A stretch of DNA of 64,000 nt. Origin: Octopus vulgaris. Lineage: Eukaryota. Under the pieces are notes generated by a model. It saw only the letters and a program-made list of their open reading frames with translations. It did not search any database and was not told the origin of the DNA. The translations under genes were made by a program, and so were the position numbers. The stretch is taken from positions 41,974,001-42,038,000 of the forward strand of contig OX597814.1 of the NCBI GenBank assembly GCA_951406725.2, written 5' to 3'. Below, in pieces: positions 14,113-28,553 of the stretch (its first letter is position 1; the number at the start of each line of letters is the position of its first letter).

Positions 14113-14544
14113 ATGCTTAACGGTATTTCAAACATTTTCAGTATTAATATCTTATAAGCTTTAATGTTGAGGGTCATTTACTGACAGTTACTTTCTAGTT
14201 CCAATATATATTAACACAAATGTTAGAGTTGATGGGTTATGTTAGGGTTTTTACTATTGAGCAGCAATAATACTGATGATGAAAAGTACGTTAAACAGCT
14301 AGCACTCGTTGATATTATTATATTGATTGAATTATGTTGCAGTTATAGATTGGAGTAATTTAAAGAGCGTACTATAACTTCAACTCTAAAAGCGTTAAAT
14401 ACTGTAATACTTTTCATATGTACCAGTCAGCGTCTATGTTTGTCGGTTTACATAATTTCACTGCAATATCTGCAATATCTTCATGTTTGTAAATGAAATA
14501 AAATGTAGCAGGTACTTAAATGATACTAACTTGATATTAGCTTC

Positions 14545-14740
14545 CAATATGTTGGTGCAAGGCCAGCAATTTCGCTGAAGAGTTATCTCGATTACATCAA
14601 CACTTCGCTGATACTTATTTTATCGACTCCTATACCATGAAAGGCAAAGGTGGAATTCGAACTCAGAACATATAAACGGAAGTAATAACGCTAATAATCT
14701 TACCCGGTGTGCTTACGATTCCACCAACGCGCTGCCTTAA
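14545..14740 (-). mobile_element. SINE family B, old copy
   Basis: tacttattttatcgactcc..atgaaaggcaaag..gaattcgaactcagaac...gctgcctt is the reverse complement of the family B body and head. Confidence 0.8.
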
Positions 14741-17405
14741 TAATAACCTTTATATTACGACATATATTTTTACCATTCGAGAGTGTTTGTTAATAAGATC
14801 AGAAGCAAGCCATTCCTAAAACAAATCCCGATTTCTTAACCAGGTTAGCTGTAATTAAAAGAAATAATGGTCACTATGTTTCGACGAATATACGTAGTTG
14901 AAATACAGATTATTGTGGCATATAATTATGTCAATGCCAATCGGCATATTCGGCTTTTATTATTAAATTATTTATTATTTTAATGGCGTTTATAGAGGAT
15001 AAGATTGCAGAAACAGCAGGTGTTTGGAATTAAAACTATTGTTCATGTTGCTATACCACACTTTGCTCTAAGTTGAAACTAACAGCCAAATTAGTTATTC
15101 AACTGTTACCCTGGTTCGATAGATTTTATATTAATTTTGCAGTAATAACTCTGTTTTTCACGGCCAGCTCTGAATATGAGCATACGTTTTAAAGAGTATA
15201 TAACTCTTTATTGAAGCAAGTATATTAGAAATATGATGTAATTTTGCAATATATACTTCTTGCAAATATTTGTGTTTCATAACTAATCCATCTCATTATA
15301 CAATTCGGTTTGAATTTCTACACTTTTCTGTCTTCCCGCGCTTATAATAAAGTGTCTTATGGCAATGAAAAGAGATAAATTCTCCTATTACAATTTTTGC
15401 TTACTTACAAGTAACGCAAACATTTAGGTCGAGTTTCTTAGTATGAGATATAATGAATTCCAAATATAATGATTATTGATAGGTGCTGATTGTAAATCGC
15501 AGCAGACTACCAGATACTGTCTTCTAAGATGAAGAGAAGACATTTGAGAAATATAGCTTTATACAGAGAAGAACTATGTCTTACTAACTATGCGATTTAT
15601 GCACACGGAATTGATTTCGTTAAATAGTTTAATGGCTTCACAAACTTACATTAATGACTATTATTTCAAACAGAATGCTAATTATTCAGCTGATATTTCC
15701 CTTACCACCAAATGCCATGTTTCTCGCCGATTTACAAGTAAATAAATCCTTTTGCAACTCTTATCTAAGCTCCAATCAAATTAATCCTCTAATCGAATGA
15801 CTGCCTAAAGCAAAACTAGCACATTTTTACAAGTGGATTTTCATGTATATTAAGTGGCGTAGTTTCTTTCCTTAGGAAACAAGTGTTATCGTATGCCAAT
15901 ACACTTTGTAAGATTTATCTATGCCACGCCTTCATGCAATCAACAATACTATGAAAAGCAAGAATTAAACCGAAAATAACACGGGGATGGAATAAATCAA
16001 ACGAAAAGTAAATATTTCGCAACTAATATTGCACATTGTTTATTACATATAATGCATAGCATTTCTACTTGAAGATTATTGATTTGTCACTCTGCTTTAA
16101 TCTTAAAATTAAGCACGTTGAATAGAAACGGATAAAAATGTAAACGACTGCATCGAGACGATGAATACTCTGAAATGTGTATTTTATAATTTTATATTAT
16201 ATTGAAGAAACGAAAACACAAACACACATTTACTTATTCATGTAAGAATGCTTCTGTATGTTTTATGAATTAGTGCACCATTGTGACTTGTTGAGTGGTA
16301 TCAATTTGTGTGCCAGCATATATGTGCACATGTCACTTGTTCAATACTTTGGGGGTTTTGATTGTGGAACTATTTACCACTATGTACATAGTGTATGGAA
16401 TGCGATATTTGTGTAAATTTAATCCCATGCGTAAGGAATTAAATTGATATGATATGTATTCGTTTCAGTTTTTTAGCTCCTTTTTTTTTATAAACGGCAG
16501 TAATTCCTCAGTTGGTGAATGTGATGGGAGAAATGTATTTACTTCTACACGTTTGACTATCGAAGCATGGAAAGCAAAAACTCATTTGGGGGAAACTTTG
16601 ATACCAGTCTTGTGTTTTCCGGCAAGATTATGAAAAAACATATCTACTAATTAGTAGATATATCTATCTATATATTTTTTTCTTTTTTCAGAGTCTAATA
16701 ATATGCGGCCATGAAATAATTTTCTAATTGCACTCGATCTTTATTCCCCGAGACAAACTCGTATATATTTTTGCTAAGACCCATTTACAAATAATATATC
16801 TGAAAACAGTTTCTACAAAAAGCTTGCTTATATTTTAAATAATATTTTACTTGGCTTAGCAAAAAGATGAATATACGAAATAGTATTTTTCAAAATACAA
16901 ATTTATATTTCTAAATTGTATTTCATCGTTTATAAATTTAAACAATAAATGTGATTTTATCTTGCACATAACCTGAAAAATCTTTCTCCTTCCATGTAGA
17001 ACTCAGCTGTGCCGGCAATATATCAACGTTTCGGCGAATAAATACAGAACACATGTTACACAACTCTCACAAATACTTATTTATTTGACAGGTGAAACAA
17101 TAGATTTTTCTCTAAATTTTCATTGCATTTCCTTCGGGAGTGCTTAAATATTTTCGCTGAATATTCATGCTAAAATGTACCATGACAATATATCAAAACA
17201 ATAACTCTACTTTTCACTTTTATTTTTGTAGTAAATCTTTTACTTAACTTCCAGATTGAATAGGTAGTATCCAATAGTATAGTTGCAACAGAAATTATGT
17301 ACGATTAAACAATACCAAGCAATGTACTACATATGAACACTGGTCAGTCAAGTATCAAAAGCAAAACGCAAGGAAAAATATATTTCTGTTGATAAACGCT
17401 ACATA

Positions 17406-17771
17406 GGCGTAGCAGTGGCTGTGTGGTAAGTAGCTTGCTCACCAACCACATGGTTTCGGGTCATTCCTACTGCGTGGCACCTTGAGTAAGTGTCTTCTAC
17501 CATAGCCTCGGGCCGACCAAAGCTTTGTGAGTGGATTTGGTAGACGGAAACTGAAAAAAGCCCGTCATATATATATGTATATATGTATATATATGTGAGT
17601 TGTGTTTACGTCCCCGTAACTAAGCGGTTCGGCAAAAAATCCCGATAGAATAAGTACTAGGCTTACAAAGAATAAGTCTTGGGGTCGATTTGCTCGACTA
17701 AAGAAGGTGGTGCTCCGGCATGGCCACAGTCAAATGACTGAAACAAGTAAAAGAGTAAAAGAGTAAGAGTA
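17406..17771 (+). mobile_element. tRNA-derived SINE, family A, second copy
   Basis: Colinear with 7229-7631; ends in a short (AAAAGAGT)-like tandem tail. Confidence 0.92.
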
Positions 17772-17941
17772 TTGTGGTAAGCGGTTATTGAGACTCATCA
17801 AGTTGATATTAACTACACTTTTTTTAATAGCTCGATTCATGAATCTTAGTAATATTGTAGAATAAATTATTTCATTCCACTGAATTTGATATCACCCATT
17901 GTTAAATTTTAAGTCAGGTATAGAGTAGTCTTGCTAGAAAG

Positions 17942-18102
17942 TTCTTCTTCTCCTTCTTCTTCTTTTTCTTCTTCTTCTTCTTCTTTTTCTTCTTTTTTCT
18001 TCTTCTTCTTCATCTACTTCTCCACACCACCTACTACTACAATTCCTCCTTCTTCTTCCTCCTTCCTCTACCGCTTTTCTTCTTCCTCTCCTCTTCCTTT
18101 CT
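17942..18102. repeat. (TCT/TCC)n pyrimidine-rich degenerate microsatellite
   Basis: Direct observation. Confidence 0.9.
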
Positions 18103-19333
18103 TTAAACTTATTCTACGTTATTGTATTTGAGTCTTTTGGAATTTTTTTTTTCTTTTTCGTACATGCATTTGACATTTTTAATTCCTTTCCACATCAACG
18201 TGTCGCCTGTTTCTCAATACAGACAGCGTCCAATCGGATTGCATTACTTTATGTAACCTAACTTTGCAAAGTTGGATAACCAGAAATTACATTCACAATC
18301 ATTGTACTGATTATATTATTCACGTTCTATTTGTGTTATTGATATTCTGATACTAAAATATGACCTTTCTTTTCTGCTTGGAATCCACCGATTTAGAGGC
18401 ATCGTTGCACTTTACTCTGATTTTATTCCATTCTGTCGAGTAATTTCGTGTATTGGTCACATATTGATTTTTGTCAACATATATATATTATTGTGACTGG
18501 AATTATATTCAGACTGTGTCACTCTTTAAAACGCTGGTATTGTTTTATCCGAATCTAAATAGCTATCTGCAATTCGCATAGTTTAGGAGTTTCGCATAAA
18601 ACGCGATTTGCTTTTTTCACCCTTATCACGCAAGACGTTTAACTCTTGATTGTTTTAAATTATATTCTAAGATAAGCTAGTGTTACATTGCAAAATTTGT
18701 ATAGCAATTCGGCAATCATTTAATTGCTAATATTACTATAGACAAATGGATAAAATTTAAACTTGCTTGATGTGTTCATATCTACCTATTATCTTATAAC
18801 TGGTTAGCTTCTTCTCTTCTTCGTGCTATAGTCATGGTAGACATATTAGCACTAAAGCCCACTTTCAGCGCCAATGCGCTTGGGACGAAAAAAGAGGGAT
18901 ATTTTCTTAAGTCCAGTAGCTTAACCCTGACGTTGGAAGAGAGTGGACTCTGCTTGTAGTCTCATGTCCTTTTAACGGTCGTCATAATTTCATTACTATT
19001 CTTTTTGCTCACTATCAGTATCCTTACTAATACCTGGCCTGTAATAAAATTTTGGCATCATACTCATAGCTGCTTTAATTTTATTTATATATTTGACTTT
19101 GTGCTAAATATTTCTTTTGTTTTTCATAAATGGTATGAAATATAAAATTTTTTCAGGAATTGTATCTAGTTTATTAGCTATTTTAATGTTTAGACTTAAG
19201 ATGCCTGTAATGTTGATATGTTCCAGTGACAATATTTTCCGAACCCTCGTCGCCACTGATATGTCCCAAGATTTCGACGTATTTTGTCGTCTCTATGGGA
19301 CTGGTCTGAACGGTGCAACTTTGCTAAACGTAT

Positions 19334-21140
19334 CTCTTTAATTTGGCACACAAGCTATGAAACAGAGTGGACAGTACAAGGACAGACAAATCACCACAGT
19401 TATGTCAAAAAACATAAAACGAATGAATGAGAGATGAATATAATTAATTGGAATGTAATGGCTGCATTGAACCCAACTCTCAAGCAGTACCATTTAACTG
19501 TTTTAAAAACGTTTTTTTTATAATACTTCTTCCTTTGTTTTCCCCACTTTTCTACCCTTTTAGCATCGTTATTATAGTATTATTTATAAAAAAAGCTTAC
19601 TCACGCATTCGTGTTCCTACATTGGTTTCAAATCCTTATAATCCTCAACAGGAGGCAGGTCATCGAACTCCACCTCCATTCCCAATGGGTCTCTGCTGGT
19701 TGCAAACAATTCTTTCAATTTTTCATACTTCTCCTAGTCTATCACTATGTCTTCTGTGTTTTCTGTGCAAAGCTCTACTGGCAATTCTACCCCAATCACC
19801 GATTCGAATTTGGCAACTATCCCCTCCACAGCTGTACTTCTTGTTTATGCAACCACACACCATATATTCTTCCTGGCCTCTCCATCTGCTTGTTTCCGCG
19901 GCAACCTCAGCTGTCCTGGTATATTTCCCAACTTTGTCTCTTTGTTGGTAATGCTGGTGGAGATCCCTGCCGCCACATCTTCACAGTGTTTATCTCTTCC
20001 TCCTTCTCCCTCTCTTTCGGACTACTCGGTGGCGAGTTCACACATTCCCGCCTCATTTACCTGCTCACCCCCGCAAATGCCTCATCAGCCTGCCCCGTAC
20101 ATTTCTCACAAGCGAGGGCCACCACTTCGACATTCTGCTGCTGTTGGCCTTCCTCACTGTCTCTCTGGGAGCATCTCAATCCTATGTTCACCCTCTCCCC
20201 GCATTGATAGCATGTTGGTAGTCATTCCTTCACCACCACTCTCAACCCCACGTCCTCCGGTAAAATCACATCTCCGTCGGTCTCGTTCAAATCCTTCTTT
20301 CCCATCTGAATGTCCATTTCAAGGCCACATCCCCAGCAGTTCACCTTTCTCGTCCCCATCACCCCCTAAATTTTTGCATCCTCCTCGGTTCCACGCATCA
20401 CGGATGCCACCAGCAACGCTTCATTGACAACTCTCAATCCTGTGATCCTCTTGCCGCAGTTAGCCGGCAGAAGCACCCACTCTTGCGTCATGAGCGTCAT
20501 AGTGGAGTGATTTATCGCCTCTTGCTCGTTGGCGAACCCCACCTCCGCTATGCCAGGTTTTCTTCCCTTTGTGTTCAATGTCGTCAGGTTTTTTTATGTA
20601 TTTAAGATATTCTTCCACTGCCTCCACCGTGGCTATTTCAATTTTCTTAGTTGCAGAGAGTGTTCTGTAAACCACTGTTTGTTTTCATGTACTGGCTGTC
20701 ACTTCTTTTGATGGAGTCAGCCTTAAACTGGATCCTTCCTATTATATTCCTACAACTTTTTTTTTGTTCAATTTTAATCTCTCGCACCTTTTGGGCATCT
20801 GCAATTACGCCCCTTCCAACCGCTGACCCATAACCTCGAGTCTGTGCTGGAGCTGGTTCGCAATCAATTATCTCTTTTTCCTTTTTCACTTCGATCCAAA
20901 ATGGGTAAGAAAACAAGCAAAAAATCATAAGCCCGCAGGTAAAAACAGTACTTAATAAATTTAACAGTTCAAATCATAGCCTCACCCTCGCGGGAGGCCA
21001 CTCAGCCAGTATAATGTCGACGGGAATAAAAAATTAACAAGAAACTAATCTTCACCGACCGACTCTACTAACTGTATCACTTCACTATTTATTAGTAGAT
21101 GACCAGCCCTCTTATCGCCTGGGGGCGTCCGCCACAACAT
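19334..21140 (-). mobile_element. L1/Tx1-like non-LTR element with a decayed ORF1 only (RRM-like region + degenerate CCHC knuckle); no RT seen
   Basis: GC-richer island, purine-rich on the minus strand. Translation: PGIAEVGFANEQEA..WVLLPANCGKRITGLRVV..LRVVVKE*LPTCYQCGERVNIGLRC (C-x2-C-x4-[H>N]-x4-C at 20171-20212). The 3' end tttgtctgtccttgt...gtgccaaattaaag lies near 19336. Confidence 0.7.
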
Positions 21141-22409
21141 ATGTACTCCTTAAGTGTTCATTATTCCATTTGTAACTAGAACAACTCAAATTTAACCCAT
21201 ATACAAAATGCTATGATCGCAATGAAAACGAGAGGTATTGCAATAAAGACGTATTTCATAATTATTCCATTGATATTACTTTAGTTATACTTGTCGGAGA
21301 ATATATGACGTTGAGTTTCTGAGGAAAATTGATGGAATGTATACATACATTTTTTCTTATTTTACTCATACATGTTACTTGTTTCATTTGATTTTAATTA
21401 CTTTATTTAATTTGGGCATACTACCCAAATATACGTTTTCCCTGTAAATCATAAATACATATCTAATTCATTGTGCTTAGTTCTCACGCGTTATTACGTT
21501 ACCTAGTTCCCTGGTTAGCAAGGAATTTTCATTTACGATTCTCTCACCTCCTTTCAGTGCACCACATATAAACCGTGTTAATATTCCTTCATGTTTAACG
21601 CAGTCCTGTTTAGTTTTCATGGACACAAGACATATTAAATTTCAATATGCTTCATTTTTAATCTGTTTAAATCTTTAATTTAAGTGGATATTTTCTGAAA
21701 GATTTGTTTGGACGTAGATGTTTCATAATATATAACCATTTATATGATGCCTTTTCCAAAGAGTTACTCAATAAGTACCTACTCTCAGCATATTACATTG
21801 TTGTGATCTAGAACATCAGTACTGTGTTGTAGTTTACAAGTGTGCGCCTGTACCTGTAGATTTGTGTGATGTGCGTCTGTGTGTCTTTGTGTTAGTGCGT
21901 GCGTGTGTGTGTGTGCACCCGTGCGTAACTCGATTAAAGAATTCAGACTATTTTCTTCATCTCTCCATATAGACAGCTACACTCTCAATCTAGTAAGCCT
22001 AAACACTGTTCAATAAATACAAAATACACGAAATAATTAATATAAAATGATGATTCTTTGCGTATTCTTACAGATATTTTTCAAAATTCTTAATAAACAT
22101 TCGCATTATAGCGGATCGAATGACAAATATTTAATTTATTTGAACATATATATTACCCTGCACATAACTATAAATTTTTCTGGAAAAATATTCCATGTAA
22201 AAGTTGCCTCAAATATATTAATTTGTAAGGACATTCGATGTACTTTGTTCTAAATCCCTATTTCTGAAACTGCGATTCGCTAAGAACTACTGAAACTAAA
22301 ATATGCCCGAGGAATTTATCACAGGATAAAAAGATAAGCGCTATTCACTGCTGCACGTTTGAAATTAATTTATATTTAATTAGCTGGTTGTCTTGCCCTT
22401 TTACTCAAG

Positions 22410-22842
22410 TGTGCAAAAAGTCTTGTGTTTATGTGGTCACTGCATCATATATTTCAACTTCATTTGCGGCTATACCTTTGCGCAATTCACATGCTTAAAG
22501 AGAATGCTCGATATCAAGTGTCTGCAAAGAGTCAGAACTGGCACAATTCGGATGAGAACTCAAATCAACAGGTCAGTGAGGAAATAAAATCCAAACGCTA
22601 GAGCTCTATCGAACACATCCTCGGGCAAGTTGGACAAAGCGATTCTGTGATGAAACCGAATGGCAAGCCTGAGGGGTAAAGACTTGTAGGACACCCAAAA
22701 ATCACATGGCAACAGTACATTGGCAAGGAAATTAGAAAAGGAGGGTGAAGTAGCTGGAATGAGACTAGAACAGCTGTAGAAAATAGAGCTTATTATAGAG
22801 ATCGTGTATGGCCTTATGTACCTCTTGTCACAAAGAGGACTA
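22410..22842 (+). mobile_element. RTE-clade LINE 3' end (decayed ORF C-terminus)
   Basis: CLKRMLDIKCLQRV..SEEIKSKR*SSIEHIL..KPEG*RLVGHPKITWQ..SWNETRTAVENRA..ALCTSCHKED*, matching the RTE C-terminal consensus (WxGHxLR..PxGxRxxGRPKxTW..ALC). Confidence 0.8.
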
Positions 22843-23292
22843 ACTATCATCTTATAGTGACCATTTTCCCTTTCCTTTCATATGACTTTGCTGGTTTAAA
22901 ACTTTATTCCACTTCTATTGGTAATTGCTTTGTGACTGAACGATGTGGAAGAATTATCACAAGATATTTACATAATAATATGATTTAATACTACTAACTT
23001 AGATCGTTTAATTGCATCTAATATAATGTTTTTACAATATTTTCAATGAAATGTGTTTAATAGAATGCAGATGATTGCGGAATATACAAATTTTATGTAT
23101 TGATTGTTTCAAACTGTCTGTACGATTATCGCTTTTGCATTAATTGATTTTCCTGAATATTTTATTGATTTGTATAATCGAAAATATAATAGGATTACAT
23201 ATTACTATTTACGTATTTTTTATACTTTCTAATCAAATATCCTGTTTGGTATATTCTATCCTCTTTAGCATTATTATATTTCAGTACAAACG

Positions 23293-23425
23293 TTGAGCTA
23301 ACAGAATCGTTACCAAGACGGGGATAATGCTTAGCAGTATTTCGTTTGACTTCCGATCTGAGTTCAAATACTACCTTTATCAATTTTGCTTTTCATTATT
23401 TCGTGGTCGATTAAATATTAGTCAA
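23293..23425 (+). mobile_element. SINE family B, old truncated copy
   Basis: gagctaacagaatcgtta..atgcttagcagtatttcgt..ctgagttcaaat..ttttgcttttcat..ggtcgattaaat matches the 30673 family. Confidence 0.7.
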
Positions 23426-24435
23426 ATTTTTGTGCAGAAATTTAGATATATTATAAACCAGGAATTTCTAAGCAACGGTTAATTGTTTTAATTGATTCGT
23501 TATGAATATCAAATAATGAGATACGCAAAATTCTGTGTTGTTGATGTAAAAGTCAGATTATCAGTTGCTCTTCACGAATCATGTTTGAAATTATGGTCAC
23601 TTTCATCAAATTATCTGATAACTAGGAAATAAACACGTGAGTACGGTTTAAAATGAAAAACATGAAACGTAAAATTGCAAATGATTGATTTCATTGCACA
23701 CTTCTCTCATTCATATCTAACATGCTTTCATCAGAAGTATCTTGATATAAATACTACTAAATATATAAAAATGTGTCTAAGAAAAATTGTTAATTGTGAA
23801 ATCAAAATTTGCACTTAACGGGTTTTCTAGAATTTATGGTAAGATTTGTCAGCTAAATTAAAATTATCGAGAAACTTCCTGTTCTATGAGATCTATAATA
23901 ATCCCCCGCCTCACATTTTCCTAAGGTTCGAATAATTATGGTCGTACGATCAAAACGAAGTATTGACGTAAATAGGTTTCTCTGTTTCTGCGTTAGATAT
24001 ATTTCACAAAGTAACGAAAATAGTTTAAGTAACATATGTTACTTGGCAAGAGATAAACATTATTATATCCCATTACGTATAATTATAGTACTAAACGTAG
24101 AACATAATTTAATTGGTATAGATTACATTGATGTTTAGATCGAATGTAATTAAAATAATTATAGCTTAGTAACCAGTTAATTTTCTTAATTAAATATCTC
24201 GTTTCCATTTGTTAACAAAGATTATCGGGACTTACGTAATCGAAGGTATCTGTAGGTCATTATATTTAAAAAGTAATGCGTAGAGATAGGCATGCGAGAA
24301 AGATGTAACAAAAATAACTTCAGAGCTCATGGTTGATGTTGTGGATTTTTAGTAATTTAATTTTCGCTCCGATAATTGCTCACTACGCTATCTCTGTTTT
24401 CTCATACACGTATTCATACATAAATCATACGTGTG

Positions 24436-24522
24436 CACACACACACATACACACACACACACACACATACACACACACATACACACACACATATGCCTGC
24501 ATATATAGTTATATGCATGCAC

Positions 24523-24556
<34 letters not shown>

Positions 24557-24563
24557 TAGATAC

Positions 24564-24609
<46 letters not shown>

Positions 24610-24687
24610 TTATAGATAGATAGAGAGATAGAAAGATAAATAGATAGATAGTTAGATAGATAGATATATAGATAGATAGATAGATAT

Positions 24688-24725
<38 letters not shown>

Positions 24726-24800
24726 GTATGTATCTATTAGTATCTATCTATGTATCTGTGTATCGATCTCTCTATCTACCTATATATATATACACACACA
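24436..24800. repeat. Compound (CA)/(TA)/(GA)/(GATA)n microsatellite
   Basis: Direct observation. Confidence 0.95.
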
Positions 24801-25149
24801 ATGCTTCCGTTAGATGCAATTGCTGTCTGTTTTTCTCTCAACACGTCTTGTCTTCAAGCTCTGTGTAGCGCTAGGCAATATATCTCAGACTTCATGACTC
24901 CAGTCGGAAAAGAAATTTTGTAATCTACTTATATTAAACAACTACATACTTTAACGCGTACATTGCACTTTGTACATACAGGAACACAGACGACATGCAC
25001 CTAGAATAATGTAAACGCAACCAAATACAAGGAAAGACAATCAGTCACATCAGTTTTTACAGCAAACACACCATCTACCGAGAAACAATGAAGATTACAC
25101 ACAACAACAAAAGCCTCCCACTACACTGGCCTAGTTAATATTCCCTCTA

Positions 25150-25352
25150 CCATATGCAAAAGGCCTTAAATTTTTCCAGTGAAGGGGTAGTCGATTACAT
25201 CGACCCAAGTGCTCATCTAATACTTGTTTTATCGATCCAGATAGAATATAAGGCAGAGTTGATCTCGGCGGAATTTGAACTGAGAATCTAAAGCCGGATG
25301 AGCTTTTACTAAGCATTTTTCCGAGGTACCAACAATTCTACCACATGCTACC
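25150..25352 (-). mobile_element. SINE family B copy
   Basis: gtcgattacatcgaccc..tacttgttttatcgatcc..aaggcagagttgatctcggcggaatttgaactgagaa is the reverse complement of family B. Confidence 0.8.
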
Positions 25353-26436
25353 TCCACTTTGTAAAAGCATCTCATACGATTCAAATTTAATCGTCCACTC
25401 AATTACACACGTAAATTACTCACGCACGTATACAAGTTACATAAAGAAATCTCTGAACAACACTGAAATACGCACACACAAAAATTTCTAAAGTGAAAGA
25501 ATTACTTATATTAACATATTGGCACCTACACGGATAAACAGTCAAGCATTTATAATAAACGTTCTAAAAATAACTAAAACCAAAACTATTCCATTATAAC
25601 ACCACTCACTTCCCCCGCCACCACCACCAAAATAAAAGGAAAAAAAATACGCAGGCAACTGTTATTTCATATCTATTCATTCATGCACATTAGCGCATAA
25701 AAACTGATTTATGATGCTTACTAACAAACTAACAACAGCACAACATAATTCACACTGCATTTTCATTTGCAGTTTCTTGTCATTCTTGTCAGGTAGATCA
25801 AAAGGCAGGGAGATGCTGCATTCACTATTTATCGTTATATTCCCCGTTCGTCCCAGGCTACCCTTGAGCAGAGTCCCAATCAGTATACATACCTGCAAGT
25901 TACCTCCTCATCTGCCATAACGATGTGGTGTGTAGTCGACTAGGAGCCCTCAACCCAGCCGGAATCTTAGTGACGATTGTTCTAAAACGTATTTTCTACT
26001 ACCTTTCTATCTAATGACCAGCGCTATCAATATGCGACACATGTGCATAAAGATTTGGATGAACTATCAAACGTAACCTCTGTTCATGTTATTTTTACGC
26101 AATTCTGAAGTTATTTTCAATCAAGAAGCGTTCTGTAAGAAACCCTAAATAGCGCATGAACAATAATAAATAACTCCACAAAATATTGCATAATGAGTTA
26201 AGATGGATTATGTTGGCTTATGACGAAACAATTGTAAGCTGAACTGCTAAAATGATTTGCTCACTGTTCTTTTTTCATTATTGTAATTATACTTTAATTT
26301 CCGATATTTGTTAGAGTGAACAAACTGCTATTTCAATTATTGCCACATCACCAACGCCCGTATATGTACTTCACAATATAATCAAGAGGGTTACACCCAG
26401 CGTTGAACATACGTTATGTATGTATGTATTAATGTA

Positions 26437-26484
<48 letters not shown>

Positions 26485-26597
26485 CAATTTTATTGAATTT
26501 ATATGTAGTCGCCATTCTGACCTTGAAATAACTAGCATGACTCCTTTCTTTTTGCCCCACAAAATAATGAATTTCACTTATTTCTGTATATTTTCAG

Positions 26598-26670
26598 ATT
26601 TGGGACTTTAACTTGGAAATTTTAAAATCATGCACAAACGTCTTTAGTGCAAATTTGGAGACCAGTACAA
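26598..26670 (+). other. Candidate 73-nt internal exon of an unidentified host transcript
   Basis: Pyrimidine tract tttctgtatattttcAG before and GTAAGA after; unique sequence; one open frame (IWDFNLEILKSCTNVFSANLETST). Confidence 0.3.
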
Positions 26671-27176
26671 GTAAGAAAAAATAAACTTTGTAAATATTTT
26701 AAACAAAGCATTTAAAGGTCTACAATTTTATTACTTTTATTGATACGGTAATTTATTAACATTGCTCACATTAGAGTATTAGCTTTAACTAAATGCGATT
26801 ATATATATATTATATATTTGAAAATGATTATTTACCGTATGAGGCAAAATGCGCGCTTAAAATTGCTAAGCGTGCATATATAAATTGTTTGAATTCTTAG
26901 AATCAGTGCAGGTACAAGGACGATTTCAGCGATAATATGAAAACAATTTTCTTCCCAATCTGTATAGGTATCGGTGCTTACATATGTGCCAAATTTGAGA
27001 GGGGAACTATGGTTTTACATATGCATACTCTAACAACACCAGTTATATACATCAAGTAAAATTAATTGACAAGAATAATTGTAAATGGATCGCATTCAAA
27101 TTTGGATACTTTATTTTTAAATCATTGTCCATAAATATTAAGATATATCTATCCATATATTTATATATATACATAC

Positions 27177-27239
<63 letters not shown>

Positions 27240-28016
27240 TATATGTATGTATATATATATGTGTGTGTATATAACTGTATATGTATGTTTATAAATCAAC
27301 TATATCTGTAATTGAATTGCCATGAATGAAAATATTTGCTTTACCTGTATCAATTTCATCAGAATTCATCAGAACTTAAACTTGTTTTAAGGCAACAGCA
27401 ATTTTAAAATTTAAAATAATAAAAATAATATTCCCACGTAATTTGACTCTAACCTTTGAAATCTATTCTAATTCATATAGCGTATGTTAGTGCGAGCATT
27501 AACCAAACCTGATCTATGTAGGGTTTACTATATTTACATGTATCATTCTAATAATGCAGTTACTGGAAGTTAAAATTCATAAGTAACATTACGTTAAATG
27601 AAACAAATAAAACTATACATATGAATTTTTATACTAATTATTATTGTGATACATTTAGTATACGCTTTCAAATTCATAAGCTTTTGAACGAAAATCACAA
27701 GTATTGGTAATTACACAGATTATAATGAAAGTAAATGATTAATTGTATTAACGAGATGAAATGCATATTAAATTTAAAATCTCCAAAGGTCGTTGGGAAA
27801 ACAACCGACGAAATTGAATTGATACTTTTGGTTGCATTTAAGCATATGATTCCTTATATTTTCCAAATTTGAATGATCATATGTTAATATGCATAAACAT
27901 CTGTTATATAGTAAAATACACTCTTTATCGTATCTCAAGGGTACATTTGAGTGGTGAATATCATACATACTATATTACGTCAGTCGTGTAATCTACTGGT
28001 AAATATTCGATATACA

Positions 28017-28056
<40 letters not shown>

Positions 28057-28485
28057 TATGTAAATAGCCGAAAACAATATAATACATTATATAGATTTAT
28101 ATATATATGGATGTACATTCATAGATATATACATATTTAGACACTCACTTGTTAATATATAGTTATATATTCTAAAGTGACAATATTATATGAATATAGC
28201 TAATATCAATGTTACCGGAACGAAATCGACCGAAGAATCACACAGCATTTAATTCTGAGAACAGTGGATTGTACCTCAGTGAAAAACTGTCCTCCTTGTT
28301 TATGGAATACGGACACGTGCGATGTTTGTAAAGCTTAGCCGAATGGATTTCAATAAAAGACTTCTTTAAATCATAAGGTAAGTGAGATTTTAAAGGTGTG
28401 TTATTATATCGCATATATTGGCATGCAGCTTAACATATTACGAATCGGTTTATTGTTTTTCAGGTTGATATAGACACACACACAT

Positions 28486-28553
<68 letters not shown>

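Noticed and set aside
19448-20427. Three overlapping plus-strand ORFs of 167-226 aa (Ser/Pro-rich)
   Set aside because: Antisense shadows of the purine-rich minus-strand ORF1 remnant.
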